Shown: one piece after another, positions 47,676 to 57,442 of the stretch | Layout of the letters: each line of letters begins with the position of its first letter | How positions within the stretch are numbered: the stretch's first letter is position 1 | Virus record (IMG/VR): IMGVR_UViG_3300036828_000344 | Span: 1 to 62,780 of that record | From: a virus | Lineage: Duplodnaviria > Caudoviricetes | DNA: 62,780 nucleotides | Direction: 5' to 3' (one strand) | Made by a program: the position numbers and the translations under genes | Notes under the pieces: generated by a model | Told to the model about the DNA's origin: nothing | The model's input: the letters and a program-made list of their open reading frames with translations, nothing else | Databases searched by the model: none

Positions 47676-48575
47676 ATGTCTACACCACCGGTACCGCTGC
47701 AGATATCCTATCAGGATCCAGACGGCAATATGTGGAATCTTTCGGATTTTTCGATGAGTAAGGGATATGTCTGCTCGGCTATCTCCGGTATTGAGGGACT
47801 GCCGGTGTCTATACAGACAATTCCATTGCTTGATGGGACGGCTGTTCCTAACGTATACATTCCGCAGCCGGGCTCGATTACCCTGGCTATTCTTGTTGGG
47901 CGTCCGGCCGGCACAGATTCCGACGATTATTACACAATGGCGGATTCGGTCGTGCGAGCATTCCTTCATCGCCGCATGGAGCTACCGGCTCCGGGCTATC
48001 TCATCATCCAGAGGCCGGACGGGAGTAGCCGGCAGATAGCGGTCTATACAACTTCCGGGCTCGATACGCCGGAGGTCGGCCTCAATGATATGGCGATATA
48101 CACGCTGACGCTTCAGACGCCAGATCCGTACTGGACCGATCTTGCGCCGAGCCAGATTGTATATGGTCTTGATTATGCAAGTGGCATCCTGCCGTTGCTA
48201 CCAATTCAGCTTGCTGGTAGTACGGTATTTGGCGAGAACAACATATACAATCCCGGCACCGCTCCGGCGTACCCAACGTGGACGATTACTGGGCCTGGCA
48301 CGCCGACGATTACCAATAAGACTACCGGCCTTTCATGGTCGCTGAATGCGCCGATTCCGGCTGGGCAGGTGGTCCAGGTCGTAACGGAGCGAGGTAAGCA
48401 GTCCGCTTACAATATAACAACGGCTACCTCGGTGTGGGACTCGCTTGTGTACTCTACTCTGCGCAGTCTCTGGCCGCTAGAGGGCGGCAACAATGATGTT
48501 AGCATCGCCATACCCGGAGCTACCGCCGCGACGCAGGTGGTACTGGACTGGGTTAACCGCTGGAACCGTGCGTAA
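47676..48575 (+). CDS. Distal tail protein (Dit)
   Basis: Follows the TMP; PDPYW, NPG...AYP.WTITGP and LWPL..G.N. Confidence 0.85.
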   Translation: MSTPPVPLQISYQDPDGNMWNLSDFSMSKGYVCSAISGIEGLPVSIQTIPLLDGTAVPNVYIPQPGSITLAILVGRPAGTDSDDYYTMADSVVRAFLHRRMELPAPGYLIIQRPDGSSRQIAVYTTSGLDTPEVGLNDMAIYTLTLQTPDPYWTDLAPSQIVYGLDYASGILPLLPIQLAGSTVFGENNIYNPGTAPAYPTWTITGPGTPTITNKTTGLSWSLNAPIPAGQVVQVVTERGKQSAYNITTATSVWDSLVYSTLRSLWPLEGGNNDVSIAIPGATAATQVVLDWVNRWNRA

Positions 48576-49858
48576 TGGCTATTATAACGACTGACGGAAG
48601 GTCGGTCACCCTCTCGGCCGGAGCGGGCTCTGTTGTTGACCTTGTCAATTACACTCCGCCAGTCGCGGGCTCGCAGGACTATGTATGGGTAGAGATCCTA
48701 GACCATAACCTAGTCGTGCAGGGTGTGATTCAGTTCGCCAACCTTACGGCTACTCTCTACTACAATGCGGTTGGCTCCTGGTCTATGATCGTTCCGTATT
48801 CGGATGTACTCTGGAATATGATGATGTCGGGCGAATTCATCGTCAACATCAACTGGCGCGGGCTCTTCTCATTCGGCGGCAAATGCGAGCAGCCCGGATA
48901 CATCGACTCAATACCGAATGCAGCCGGAGGGCAGATAGCCTACTCCGGCCCGTTCATATCGCTGTCTGGAGCGGATTACCTCGCGCTGATAGCAAACCGG
49001 ATTGCGTACCCAAACCCAGCAGCATTGTGGACGGCGCAGACGGCAGCTGCAGCCGATGCGGTCAGCGCCATGAAGCTAGAGACCGCCATCAAGCATTACG
49101 TCTCGCGCAATGCGGGCTCCGGAGCGCTCGCGGCTAGGCAGGTAAGCCTGCTCGATATCGCGACCGATCAGGCGCGAGGTCCAGCCGTCAGCTATACGGT
49201 CAAGTTTGGTACTGGCGTAGACCTTAACCTGCTGGATGTGGTCCGGGCCATCATTGCGCAGGGTGGTACGCCTTTTGGGGTACAGATCCTACGTAATGCC
49301 CCGGCGCACCGGCTCACATTCGATGTTTACATTCCGCGCGATCTATCCGGCAAAGCCTGGTTTAGCGAGAGCCTAGGCAACCTGACGGCCATCAACTTCT
49401 ACATTACCGATCCTACCTGTACGGATGCACTAGTTCAGGGAGCATCGGCTTTTATCGCGCAGGAATACTCCGGTACCACGCAATGGAATAAGACAGAGCT
49501 ATTTACCGATGACAGCTCAGAGACGGATGCTAACAACCTGGCGACGGTCGCGGCTACGGCCCTGCTTACCGGAGCGCTGGGGCCGGTCATGGGCGCAACA
49601 GTAGCCGACACGCCATACCTAACGTTTGGCCGTGACTTCAGGCTGGGCGATATCGTCAGTGTTGAGGTACGGCCCGGAGCGGTCTATAGCGATGTGGTGT
49701 CCTCGGTTGTGCTAACGGCCGATCCATCTCAGACTCCGGCCATCTCGGTAGTCCCAACCATCGGGCAGTCGTCCAACGCGACCGCAACCGACACGTCGAT
49801 TATCGGCCAGCTCACAAAACGAATTCAGGCGCTGGAGAAGAAACTGGCGACGAAATGA
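48575..49858 (+). CDS. Minor tail/baseplate hub protein
   Basis: YN.VGSW and FGRDF.LGD.V.V motifs. Confidence 0.82.
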   Translation: MAIITTDGRSVTLSAGAGSVVDLVNYTPPVAGSQDYVWVEILDHNLVVQGVIQFANLTATLYYNAVGSWSMIVPYSDVLWNMMMSGEFIVNINWRGLFSFGGKCEQPGYIDSIPNAAGGQIAYSGPFISLSGADYLALIANRIAYPNPAALWTAQTAAAADAVSAMKLETAIKHYVSRNAGSGALAARQVSLLDIATDQARGPAVSYTVKFGTGVDLNLLDVVRAIIAQGGTPFGVQILRNAPAHRLTFDVYIPRDLSGKAWFSESLGNLTAINFYITDPTCTDALVQGASAFIAQEYSGTTQWNKTELFTDDSSETDANNLATVAATALLTGALGPVMGATVADTPYLTFGRDFRLGDIVSVEVRPGAVYSDVVSSVVLTADPSQTPAISVVPTIGQSSNATATDTSIIGQLTKRIQALEKKLATK

Positions 49859-49864
49859 GGAATC

Positions 49865-50881
49865 ATGGTTACATATGACGGAAGGCCGTCAGCATTCACT
49901 CAGCTATCGACCACTGGTGACTGGGAGAGCTTTATGTCTTCGGCCGGTATTGCCGATGGCATAGACGGCCCTAATAGCTTTGTGCCGTCGCTCGATACCG
50001 GAGGCCGTAACGCCGTCATCTCGGCCGGCCAGGGACTCATCAAGGGGCAGCTCTGGCGCGCTGACGCTCCGGTTAGTACACCCATCCCGGCTGCTTCGGC
50101 ACAGAACCGGCTCGATATCCTAGCGCTCCAGCTGAACCGTGGAGCCACTAGCTCGCCTGCGGTAGTCGCGCCAGTAGTCATTACCGGTACGCCATCGGGT
50201 ACGCCTACCCTGCCGCTACTGACGCAGACGCCTACCGGCATTTACCAGATACCTATCAGCAACTGGCTGGCGACCTCGGCCGGAGGGCTCACCACCCTGG
50301 TGGATCAGCGGCAGTACTCCGGCCGTAGCATCGTGATGATGACGAGTGCATGGCACCCATCACCGGTGAGCCCGTGTCTGGGATTCGAGACGGACACCGG
50401 ATTCCTCTGGCGCTGGGATGGTTCTGCCTGGCATTACGTCAACGCTAATCAGAATGTAAATGGAGGGCCATTCCCGCAGACTATTAACACAACTGCAGCC
50501 GCTACAGTAGCTGGCACAACTATGGCCGGAGTCGTGCCTGGCACATATAAGGTGACTGCGGAAGCTCAGTTTACCGGAGGTGCCGGTGGCGGTAACCCCT
50601 CATTCCAGATAGGAATGAACTTTGCCACTTCCTCAATATGGGGCAACGGATATATTCTGCAGGCTGACGGAACGGGCGCAGGAGCTGCGCGCGATACCGT
50701 GAACCTGACCGGCCTTGTATTCACAGGGCCTGGAATGGTCTCTGGTGCGCATTACACAATGCAGATCAGCGGAACAATTGTAGCTACCGGCAGCGGAGCG
50801 ATGTCGGTGCAGGCATTTACATCGGCCGGTACAGCTCCATTCACAGTTAACAACTGTATCTTCAGCCGGTCTCCGTCATGA
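49865..50881 (+). CDS. Minor tail protein
   Basis: N-terminal G...I.G, R.D...L and P.L.QT..G.YQIP; beta-rich C-terminus. Confidence 0.75.
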   Translation: MVTYDGRPSAFTQLSTTGDWESFMSSAGIADGIDGPNSFVPSLDTGGRNAVISAGQGLIKGQLWRADAPVSTPIPAASAQNRLDILALQLNRGATSSPAVVAPVVITGTPSGTPTLPLLTQTPTGIYQIPISNWLATSAGGLTTLVDQRQYSGRSIVMMTSAWHPSPVSPCLGFETDTGFLWRWDGSAWHYVNANQNVNGGPFPQTINTTAAATVAGTTMAGVVPGTYKVTAEAQFTGGAGGGNPSFQIGMNFATSSIWGNGYILQADGTGAGAARDTVNLTGLVFTGPGMVSGAHYTMQISGTIVATGSGAMSVQAFTSAGTAPFTVNNCIFSRSPS

Positions 50882-51021
50882 GCATCATTCGTGTCGACCT
50901 ATCCGGCGAAGGCAGCAAGCGCGTTGGCGATGTTGTCCTGAATTTCGTATTCATCGGCTTTGGCGTACTCGAATGGGTGCTAGTCGCGTATGTCATAGAC
51001 CTAATTGTCCGGTCAATCTAG
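50878..51021 (+). CDS. 47-aa single-TM protein (holin candidate)
   Basis: ATGA overlap; hydrophobic C-terminal half; upstream of the endolysin. Confidence 0.45.
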   Translation: MSIIRVDLSGEGSKRVGDVVLNFVFIGFGVLEWVLVAYVIDLIVRSI

Positions 51022-51052
51022 CGAGCGTAGAATACCGATAGGAGGTGTGGCC

Positions 51053-51238
51053 ATGGATTTGGATGAAGGCCGTAGGCGTGGCCTTGAAGAGCGAGAGCCG
51101 ACGCAGGGCGTGGACGAGGATGAGCGAATGGAGCCCTGGGGCCTGCGTGACAAGAGGCCGTCAAGGCATATCCGGCATAAGCTCCGGCTGTACCGGGAAT
51201 TCCTGGAAGGGCTAGGTGACCGCGATGGCGATCAATGA
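51053..51238 (+). CDS. Small charged hypothetical protein
   Basis: RBS AGGAGG. Confidence 0.6.
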   Translation: MDLDEGRRRGLEEREPTQGVDEDERMEPWGLRDKRPSRHIRHKLRLYREFLEGLGDRDGDQ

Positions 51239-52088
51239 ACTATGGATCCCATCGCCACACTATTCGACCGGCCGGAGCGCGTACAACAAGATCGTATTCC
51301 ACACGACGCAGGGTGCGATGAAGATTCGCGATCTCGGCTCGTGGTTCCAGAATCCATCCGCGCAATGCTCATCGCATCACGGGGCCGACAGCTATGAGCG
51401 CGGGCTGTTCGGCGCGTACGTGTACGAGAACTACGCGGCCTGGACGCAGGGGAATGCGAACGGCTACTGTCTTTCGATAGAGCTATGCGGATTCGCGGAA
51501 TGGTCGCGGAGCGAGTGGCTCAATAACCGGCCTATCCTGGTCGACAATGCGGCCGAGTGGCTGCGGTACATGGTCGACAAGTACAGCGTCCCGTGGACGC
51601 TACTCAGCGACTCGCAGGCGCAGAACGCGAGCGCTCGCGGAATCTGCCAGCACGTCAACCTAGGCTCGTGGGGTAGCGGTCACTGGGACTGCGGCGACGG
51701 ATTCCCCATCGACGTCATCCTAGACAAAGCAAAGCACTGGGGTGGCAGTACCGAGCCCATCCCACCCAAGCCAGAACCAATTCTGGAGGATGATGACCTC
51801 ATGATCTCAATTCCACCCGCCGATGTCGACAACCGTGAATTCGGGATTTCGCTGCCCGGTGCATTCAGCGCGATGGGGCTCTGTGCGGACGCCTCGCTTT
51901 ACGGTGACTCGATTCACCTACGGTGCGCGTTCCATCGCCACAACAACACCGGCTTCGATGTGGTTGATGCATACGTGGACCGGTCGCACGTGAAGGTCGT
52001 TATCCGGCCTCCCAACAAATTCGACGGTGTGAGCCTCAAGCGGATCGACAACATGCCCGTCAACGTCACGCCAGATTTCGGGAGGTAG
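51216..52088 (+). CDS. Endolysin, N-acetylmuramoyl-L-alanine amidase (Amidase_2)
   Basis: IVFHTT, SSH, AW..G.AN...LSIELCG, CQH and HWDCG zinc-amidase motifs. Confidence 0.9.
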   Translation: MTAMAINELWIPSPHYSTGRSAYNKIVFHTTQGAMKIRDLGSWFQNPSAQCSSHHGADSYERGLFGAYVYENYAAWTQGNANGYCLSIELCGFAEWSRSEWLNNRPILVDNAAEWLRYMVDKYSVPWTLLSDSQAQNASARGICQHVNLGSWGSGHWDCGDGFPIDVILDKAKHWGGSTEPIPPKPEPILEDDDLMISIPPADVDNREFGISLPGAFSAMGLCADASLYGDSIHLRCAFHRHNNTGFDVVDAYVDRSHVKVVIRPPNKFDGVSLKRIDNMPVNVTPDFGR

Positions 52089-52091
52089 GCC

Positions 52092-52265
52092 ATGCCAGAA
52101 GTTACGCTTAGGCTGCACCGGTTCAGTGCCCTGGAGGACGCTGCCAAGGTGGCCGACGATATCCGCGCGGCCGGCAGCGTCAGCTATACGGACGCGACCG
52201 GAGCTGACGTCAGCGTTACGGTCGGAGACGTTACCGTGGAGGGTGACGTCACCACTACCGGCTGA
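52092..52265 (+). CDS. 57-aa hypothetical protein
   Basis: RBS GGAGG; MPEVTLRLHRFSALEDAAKV... Confidence 0.6.
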   Translation: MPEVTLRLHRFSALEDAAKVADDIRAAGSVSYTDATGADVSVTVGDVTVEGDVTTTG

Positions 52266-52355
52266 GGAGGCATCATCCTTACCAGGGAACAGCTCTGGGA
52301 GATAGAGCTGGCGCAGCTAGTCCAGGAACACGAGACTACTTCGCCAGATCCAGAT

Positions 52356-52880
52356 ATGTGGCGCTGGAGCCCGCTTGAGCTAGCAGAATTCGACCGCATG
52401 CTTACCATCGCGGTTCAGGTTCTGGCGGCTGGTGGCGGGCTCCGGCAGCTATTCTTTGCGGAGGCCGGTAGCGGAATAGGAACCAAGCTCTATCTCGCGA
52501 AGAATTACTTTGGTCTCCACGAGACCGGCTATGAGATATCGCCAGAGTACCTAGTCCGGTCGGGCGAGCTAGGCGTGAACGCATTCCGCTGGGATCTCCG
52601 CGAGAAAGACCCACCATGGTCTCACTTCGATATCGTCTACACGGCCCGGCCGTTCAAGAATGATGACTATGAGGTCGAATGGGAGCGGTCGGTTCAGGCC
52701 GCCATGAAGCCAGGAGCCGTCCTGATATCGGCATACACGGCCGACAAGCCATACAAGTGGCCCTGCTACTATCGCGCTCCGTTCCGTGGGATATGGCGGA
52801 AGCCTCGCGCCGGTAACTACAGCAACATCATTCAGCGGGTAGCGCCACACGATCCGCTAGTGCCAGAACCAGGGCCGTAA
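52356..52880 (+). CDS. Class I SAM-dependent methyltransferase (true start probably near 52275)
   Basis: FAEAGSGIG motif I, GYE, FDIVY..RP and MKPGA. Confidence 0.75.
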   Translation: MWRWSPLELAEFDRMLTIAVQVLAAGGGLRQLFFAEAGSGIGTKLYLAKNYFGLHETGYEISPEYLVRSGELGVNAFRWDLREKDPPWSHFDIVYTARPFKNDDYEVEWERSVQAAMKPGAVLISAYTADKPYKWPCYYRAPFRGIWRKPRAGNYSNIIQRVAPHDPLVPEPGP

Positions 52881-52922
52881 GCCTGGAGAGTAATCGCAAT
52901 TCCAACCCGGAAGGAAAGTCAG

Positions 52923-53147
52923 ATGACCGCAGTAGTCCCGGAGCCTCCGCGCAGCGGGCAGTACCTCCCGACCTACACCCACGTCGATCAGGAGGGTGGT
53001 GGCGACCTGCACGTCAACGCCAGGATGTGCGACACGTGCTTCGCTCTCGTGGATGAGAGCCATTACGACGCACATGCCGGCCAGCACGAGGCCGAGGCAG
53101 CAGGCGAAGGCCCAGGTGGGCCTTCTGGGCCCAAGTCCAGTAGGTAG
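52923..53147 (+). CDS. Small zinc-finger-like protein
   Basis: CDTCFALVDESHYDAHAGQH. Confidence 0.6.
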   Translation: MTAVVPEPPRSGQYLPTYTHVDQEGGGDLHVNARMCDTCFALVDESHYDAHAGQHEAEAAGEGPGGPSGPKSSR

Positions 53148-53156
53148 CCAGGACCA

Positions 53157-53198
53157 CGCGAGCCCGGAGCGGCGGCATTAAGTCTCTCCGGGCTCGCG
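53157..53198. terminator. GAGCCCGG-family hairpin ending the late operon
   Basis: 13-bp inverted repeat. Confidence 0.65.
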
Positions 53199-53274
53199 GC
53201 ATCCCTATAGACTGCATTCCGGTCGTGAGGTATAGTCGGAGCGAAGGCCGGATGCACCGGCCGGGAAAGGCGAG

Positions 53275-53595
53275 ATGATGAAGGAAGTAGTTTTTGAGCT
53301 AGACCGGACGGCCTACGATGGCGACCGGGCCGAGTATGGCTCGCTCTCCGGAGCGTTCAGTTTCTCGGTTGACCCATCCTTCCTGGATGAAGAGCCACCG
53401 CGCCGCATCGAGCTACGGATGACGGGCCGGAACGCTCCGTCACCGGCACGCATCATTGAGCTGGGAAGGCTCGCGGAGTCGGGTGACCGGGCGACGGCCT
53501 ACCGGGCACAGGCCGAACTGGAGGACATCGCGGATGGTCACTGGGATGGCCCGCGCACCGATGACCCACCGAAGTCGTGGCGGTCGGTGATCTAG
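53275..53595 (+). CDS. Hypothetical protein
   Basis: Own TATAGT -10 box and GAAAGGCGAG motif. Confidence 0.65.
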   Translation: MMKEVVFELDRTAYDGDRAEYGSLSGAFSFSVDPSFLDEEPPRRIELRMTGRNAPSPARIIELGRLAESGDRATAYRAQAELEDIADGHWDGPRTDDPPKSWRSVI

Positions 53596-53633
53596 CCGCG
53601 AGAGACCGGCTAGGCGCACGACCCTAGCCGCAA

Positions 53634-53673
53634 GAGAGCCCGGAGCGCCACAGGGAGGCCGCTCCGGGCTCTC
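53634..53673. terminator. GAGCCCGG-family hairpin
   Basis: 14-bp inverted repeat. Confidence 0.65.
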
Positions 53674-53742
53674 GCCTTCCCGTAGCGGAAAACTCAGATG
53701 TAGGGTAAGATTCCGGTAACTACAAACGGAAAGGCGAGATTA

Positions 53743-54018
53743 GTGAGTGATCTTACCGCAGAAGAGATGGAAGCAATCGACCGGGAGGCCGACAAGAGGT
53801 TTGCGCAGGATGACCTCTATGAGGCCGCTCTTGCGTTCGTGAACGCAGGGCTCGATTCCGGTCACAAGGCGAACTTCACCGCGCACGACACCGTCAACGT
53901 CGTGTCATGGAACCGGGATGACTCCGGCTCCATCGATTCCCGGTGGTACCTGGCCATGGTGTGCTTGCTCGCGTCTGCTAGGGCCGCGAAGGAAATGCTG
54001 GAGGATATTAACCCATGA
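53743..54018 (+). CDS. Hypothetical protein
   Basis: TAGGGTAAGATT promoter-like motif and GAAAGGCGAG upstream. Confidence 0.65.
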   Translation: MSDLTAEEMEAIDREADKRFAQDDLYEAALAFVNAGLDSGHKANFTAHDTVNVVSWNRDDSGSIDSRWYLAMVCLLASARAAKEMLEDINP

Positions 54019-54058
54019 CCAGGTCACGGCCGCCGACCTGGTAAGCTAAAGCGGCACA

Positions 54059-54101
54059 CGAGAGCCCGGAGACGCCCACAGAGGGCAGCTCCGGGCTCTC
54101 G
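54059..54101. terminator. GAGCCCGG-family hairpin at the convergent strand switch
   Basis: 13-bp inverted repeat. Confidence 0.65.
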
Positions 54102-54273
54102 GCGTCTCTAGGGCCGGTCGCGGGCTCTCCGGCCGTCTCCGTCGCGCTCCGGGGCCGTTACGGGCCGGTCTAGCCGCGAGCCCGGACGGAGCCCGGCCGT
54201 AATCGGCACGTGGCAGCAGCAAAGCCCACAGCTCCGGCCATCGGGGCGAAAATTCGTATAGCCGGATCTCGCG

Positions 54274-54552
54274 CTAGGCAGAGGGCTTACCGTCCGGCTC
54301 CGGGCCGCTATCCTGCTCAGGCTCCCAGCCGAGATCCCGCATCAGCTCGCTGTCCGGCGTCTCCATGATCACCGGGTTGCGGTCTAGCTCTGCGATCACG
54401 GGATCAGGCGGTGGGTCTGGGAAGATGAACAGCTGACGGATCTCCGGTCGGCCAAATCCGATGCTTGTGATGAGATCCGTCCGGGCATCCTCCGGGCTCA
54501 TCGAGTCCGGGAGCCGGAGCACCACGAGGTAGCCGACCGTGTTCATCCCCAT
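54274..54552 (-). CDS. Hypothetical protein
   Basis: Operon packing after DnaE. Confidence 0.6.
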   Translation of the reverse strand: MGMNTVGYLVVLRLPDSMSPEDARTDLITSIGFGRPEIRQLFIFPDPPPDPVIAELDRNPVIMETPDSELMRDLGWEPEQDSGPEPDGKPSA

Positions 54553-54791
54553 GACACACCGTGCTTGTGGTCTAGGTGCTCCTGGAGGCCGAGGGCGTGG
54601 AGCTGCTTATGGAAGGCTCGCCAGCACTGCTCGACATAGTCACTTGTGAATAGTGGGTCAGGGTCAACGCTATCGAGCCCACCAAGAGACTCGTCATGTC
54701 TCAGGGTCATGTGCCGGCAGAAATCATCTCGCGGCATGTCCTCGGCCGCGCGAACGGTAATGACTTCCTCTTTGTCTGCCATCTGAGTCAT
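54543..54791 (-). CDS. His-rich hypothetical protein
   Basis: H....H, H..LH and H.H clusters. Confidence 0.6.
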   Translation of the reverse strand: MTQMADKEEVITVRAAEDMPRDDFCRHMTLRHDESLGGLDSVDPDPLFTSDYVEQCWRAFHKQLHALGLQEHLDHKHGVSWG

Positions 54792-54794
54792 TTC

Positions 54795-57107
54795 TCATCC
54801 TTCTGGATCGATTACCCAAATCTTTTCGATCATTACCGGAGTGCCGAATCCGGCTATCCGGTACCCGGCTATCACCACTACATCGTGGTTGACATGAATG
54901 GTGCCTAGCTTTCTCTGTAGGTGTGGGAACTTCCACCGGTTTACCCGGCCATAGACTTCCTCATCACTCGTGTCGTACATATGCAGGGTAGCTCGCTTGA
55001 TAAGGTCGGGCCGCTTCAGCTCCGCAAGGATTTCCTCAACTTCACGGCCGCTGCGGCTCCGCTCGTCCTCCACAATGTCCTTATACTCTACTCTCCGGAC
55101 AACGCCTTCATAAACCACCCATGGTCCGGGCGCGAATCGCCTGCCGCGATCTGCGTTCCTTACTACTTCTATAGAAGCTAGCTGTTCACCGTTATGTGTC
55201 GGCTGTGGGACTTCCTTCTGTCGCCGGAGCCAGCGGTTAACGGAGGCGAGCTTGCGCTCTGTCCGGTAAAGACCGAATGGGTCGTTGGCGGCCGCAAACT
55301 CGGCCATACGCTCGGCGGTACGGTCTCCGATACCCGGAACGACCGTAAGGTCATAGAAGCTACCCCAGCCGCTTGCAGGCCGGGCTGCATCGATTCGCGC
55401 GGCTATCTTATCACCGATTTTTGGCACCTGGTTCCAGCCTGCCAGGATTTCCATGCGCCGCTCGCCGCGCTCGGCCGTGTAATGATGCGGCACCCAGGTC
55501 TGCCGGGAATGGCGCGCGACCGGAGGCTTGATATCTATCGAGTGCGCTAGTGCGTCGCGCATGAGCCGGAATCGCGTCTCTTCCTTACCGGCCTTCGCGA
55601 GCGAGGCCGCATAAAACTCAAGCGGGTAATTTGCCTTGAGCCAGGCAGTCCAGAAGGCCAGCATGCTGTAGCTGATAGCGTGCGCGATGTTGAAGCTATA
55701 GGTACCGGACGTCACGAGCCGCTTCCAGATCCGGTCGGCTAGCTCGCGGTCTATCCCGTGTAGCCGTTCCGCTCCGTCCGCAAAGCTGCCATAGCTGACG
55801 TTGAATGCGGCCTCGCCTAGTTTCTTTGATATGATCCGGCGAATCTGCCCGGCGTGCGTCCAGTCGAATCCCCCGACATCCCGCACAATCTTCAGGATCT
55901 GCTCCTGATATATTATCTGTCCGTAGGTGTCCTTTGTGATTTCGTCCACCACTGGATGAAGCGGCTGAGCTTTCTTTCGTCCATGTCGAACGTCAACGTA
56001 CTCTGCGGTCTGTCCGGAAAATAGCGGGCCAGGACGCGATAGCGCATTGACGTCTGTGATATGCTGGAAATGATCTGGATGGACATCTCGGTTGACGAGC
56101 CTAGTAGCTCTACCCTCAAACTGAAATACTCCGATGACATCTCCGGTACTGAAAATCGAGACGGCTCCAGGGTCAGTATCGGGAATCGCATACAAGTCCT
56201 CCAGGGTTAGGCCGGCCATCTCCAGACAGCGGGCGATCATTCCCATGGTCGATAGGCCAAGGAAGTCTAGCTTTAGGGCTCCGACGTATTCGGCATCATA
56301 CTTGTCGATCGACATTACCTGCGAGCCGTTCTTGGTATACACGGCGCAGATGTCGGTCAGTGGGCTATTCGCGATTACCAGGCCGGCTGCGTGTACGCTC
56401 ATTCCGCGAACGTCGCCTTCAAGCCGGGTAGCCTTTATCAGGTCTGGGTACTCTAGCAGGATATCCTGTGCGGCCGGGAACATATCAAATGTGTCGCCCA
56501 GGGTAGCGTCAAAGCGCGAGTCACCACCCGACCTCTCAATTAGCAGGTTCGCGACTATTTCTGTAGCCCAGGGCGGAATGTCGTATACACGAGCCACATC
56601 CTTGAGGGAATTCTTGCCACGGTACCGGACGAAATTGCCGATGTGTCCGAAACATTCCTTACCGTACTTACCCTCAAGGTACTGCCAGACGAGGTACCGG
56701 TGCTCATCGGAGCAGTCGACGTCAATGTCTGGTGGATCCGGTCGCGATAGGTCAAGGAAGCGCTCGAATACCATCATGGGATAGCGGTGCGGGTCAATCT
56801 CGGTAATCCGGAGTAGCCAAGCTACTACACTGGCCGCTGTGGAGCCGCGACCGGGGCCAAACGGTATGCCGTGATCCTTGCCCCATCGGATCGTGTCGGA
56901 GGTAAACAGGAAGAAATCAGCGAGGCCGCGCTCCAGGATCAGCTCCATCTCATATCTGACGCGGTCAGCGTACCAGTCACGGTGCTCCTGCGGCCGCTCG
57001 CCTATGTTGCGGTACTCCCAGCCAAACCGGAGCCACTTCCACAACAGTTCCTCGGCTTCCGGGCGCGAGCGCTCGCTAATCTTCTCCGCTGTTGCGGTTG
57101 CGGTCAT
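54795..57107 (-). CDS. dnaE: DNA polymerase III alpha (DnaE-like), catalytic part
   Basis: GPGRGS, FERFL, PDIDVD, SVHAAG, KLDFLGL, YQEQ and YSFN.AHA.SY; TGATG overlap at 57107. Confidence 0.95.
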   Translation of the reverse strand: MTATATAEKISERSRPEAEELLWKWLRFGWEYRNIGERPQEHRDWYADRVRYEMELILERGLADFFLFTSDTIRWGKDHGIPFGPGRGSTAASVVAWLLRITEIDPHRYPMMVFERFLDLSRPDPPDIDVDCSDEHRYLVWQYLEGKYGKECFGHIGNFVRYRGKNSLKDVARVYDIPPWATEIVANLLIERSGGDSRFDATLGDTFDMFPAAQDILLEYPDLIKATRLEGDVRGMSVHAAGLVIANSPLTDICAVYTKNGSQVMSIDKYDAEYVGALKLDFLGLSTMGMIARCLEMAGLTLEDLYAIPDTDPGAVSIFSTGDVIGVFQFEGRATRLVNRDVHPDHFQHITDVNALSRPGPLFSGQTAEYVDVRHGRKKAQPLHPVVDEITKDTYGQIIYQEQILKIVRDVGGFDWTHAGQIRRIISKKLGEAAFNVSYGSFADGAERLHGIDRELADRIWKRLVTSGTYSFNIAHAISYSMLAFWTAWLKANYPLEFYAASLAKAGKEETRFRLMRDALAHSIDIKPPVARHSRQTWVPHHYTAERGERRMEILAGWNQVPKIGDKIAARIDAARPASGWGSFYDLTVVPGIGDRTAERMAEFAAANDPFGLYRTERKLASVNRWLRRQKEVPQPTHNGEQLASIEVVRNADRGRRFAPGPWVVYEGVVRRVEYKDIVEDERSRSGREVEEILAELKRPDLIKRATLHMYDTSDEEVYGRVNRWKFPHLQRKLGTIHVNHDVVVIAGYRIAGFGTPVMIEKIWVIDPEG

Positions 57108-57442
57108 CAGGTGAGCCAGAGCCAGGGATGGTAAACGGTACCGCTGGCCGTTCTGAATATCGGCGCATGGCATATAACACATTCGCCATAACGGCTCGCT
57201 ATCTCGACTGCTGTCGCGGAAACCGGAGGATTCCGGTAAGAGACCCAGCGGTCATCCGGTCCAAGGTTGACGACCTCCGCATCGGCATTCTCGGTAACGA
57301 CCGTAATGACATCGCGCTCGTGCTCGTTACGCCAGACGAGGATTACCCGGCCGACGAAACAGCGAGCCGGATAGCTCTGCTCGATATAGATTAGCTCACC
57401 CTGGACGGGATTGCCGATGGCCGCTTCCCAGTTGATGTCCAT
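57107..57442 (-). CDS. Hypothetical protein between the two DnaE parts
   Basis: RBS AGAGG; C-terminal CVIC...H. Confidence 0.6.
   Translation of the reverse strand: MDINWEAAIGNPVQGELIYIEQSYPARCFVGRVILVWRNEHERDVITVVTENADAEVVNLGPDDRWVSYRNPPVSATAVEIASRYGECVICHAPIFRTASGTVYHPWLWLT

Noticed and set aside
52356-52880. DNA methyltransferase of a restriction-modification system
   Set aside because: No DPPY/NPPY or PC catalytic motif and no adjacent restriction gene.
57107-57442. Split intein or intron in dnaE
   Set aside because: No intein terminal motifs on either part, and removing the interval gives a stop/start overlap rather than an in-frame fusion.
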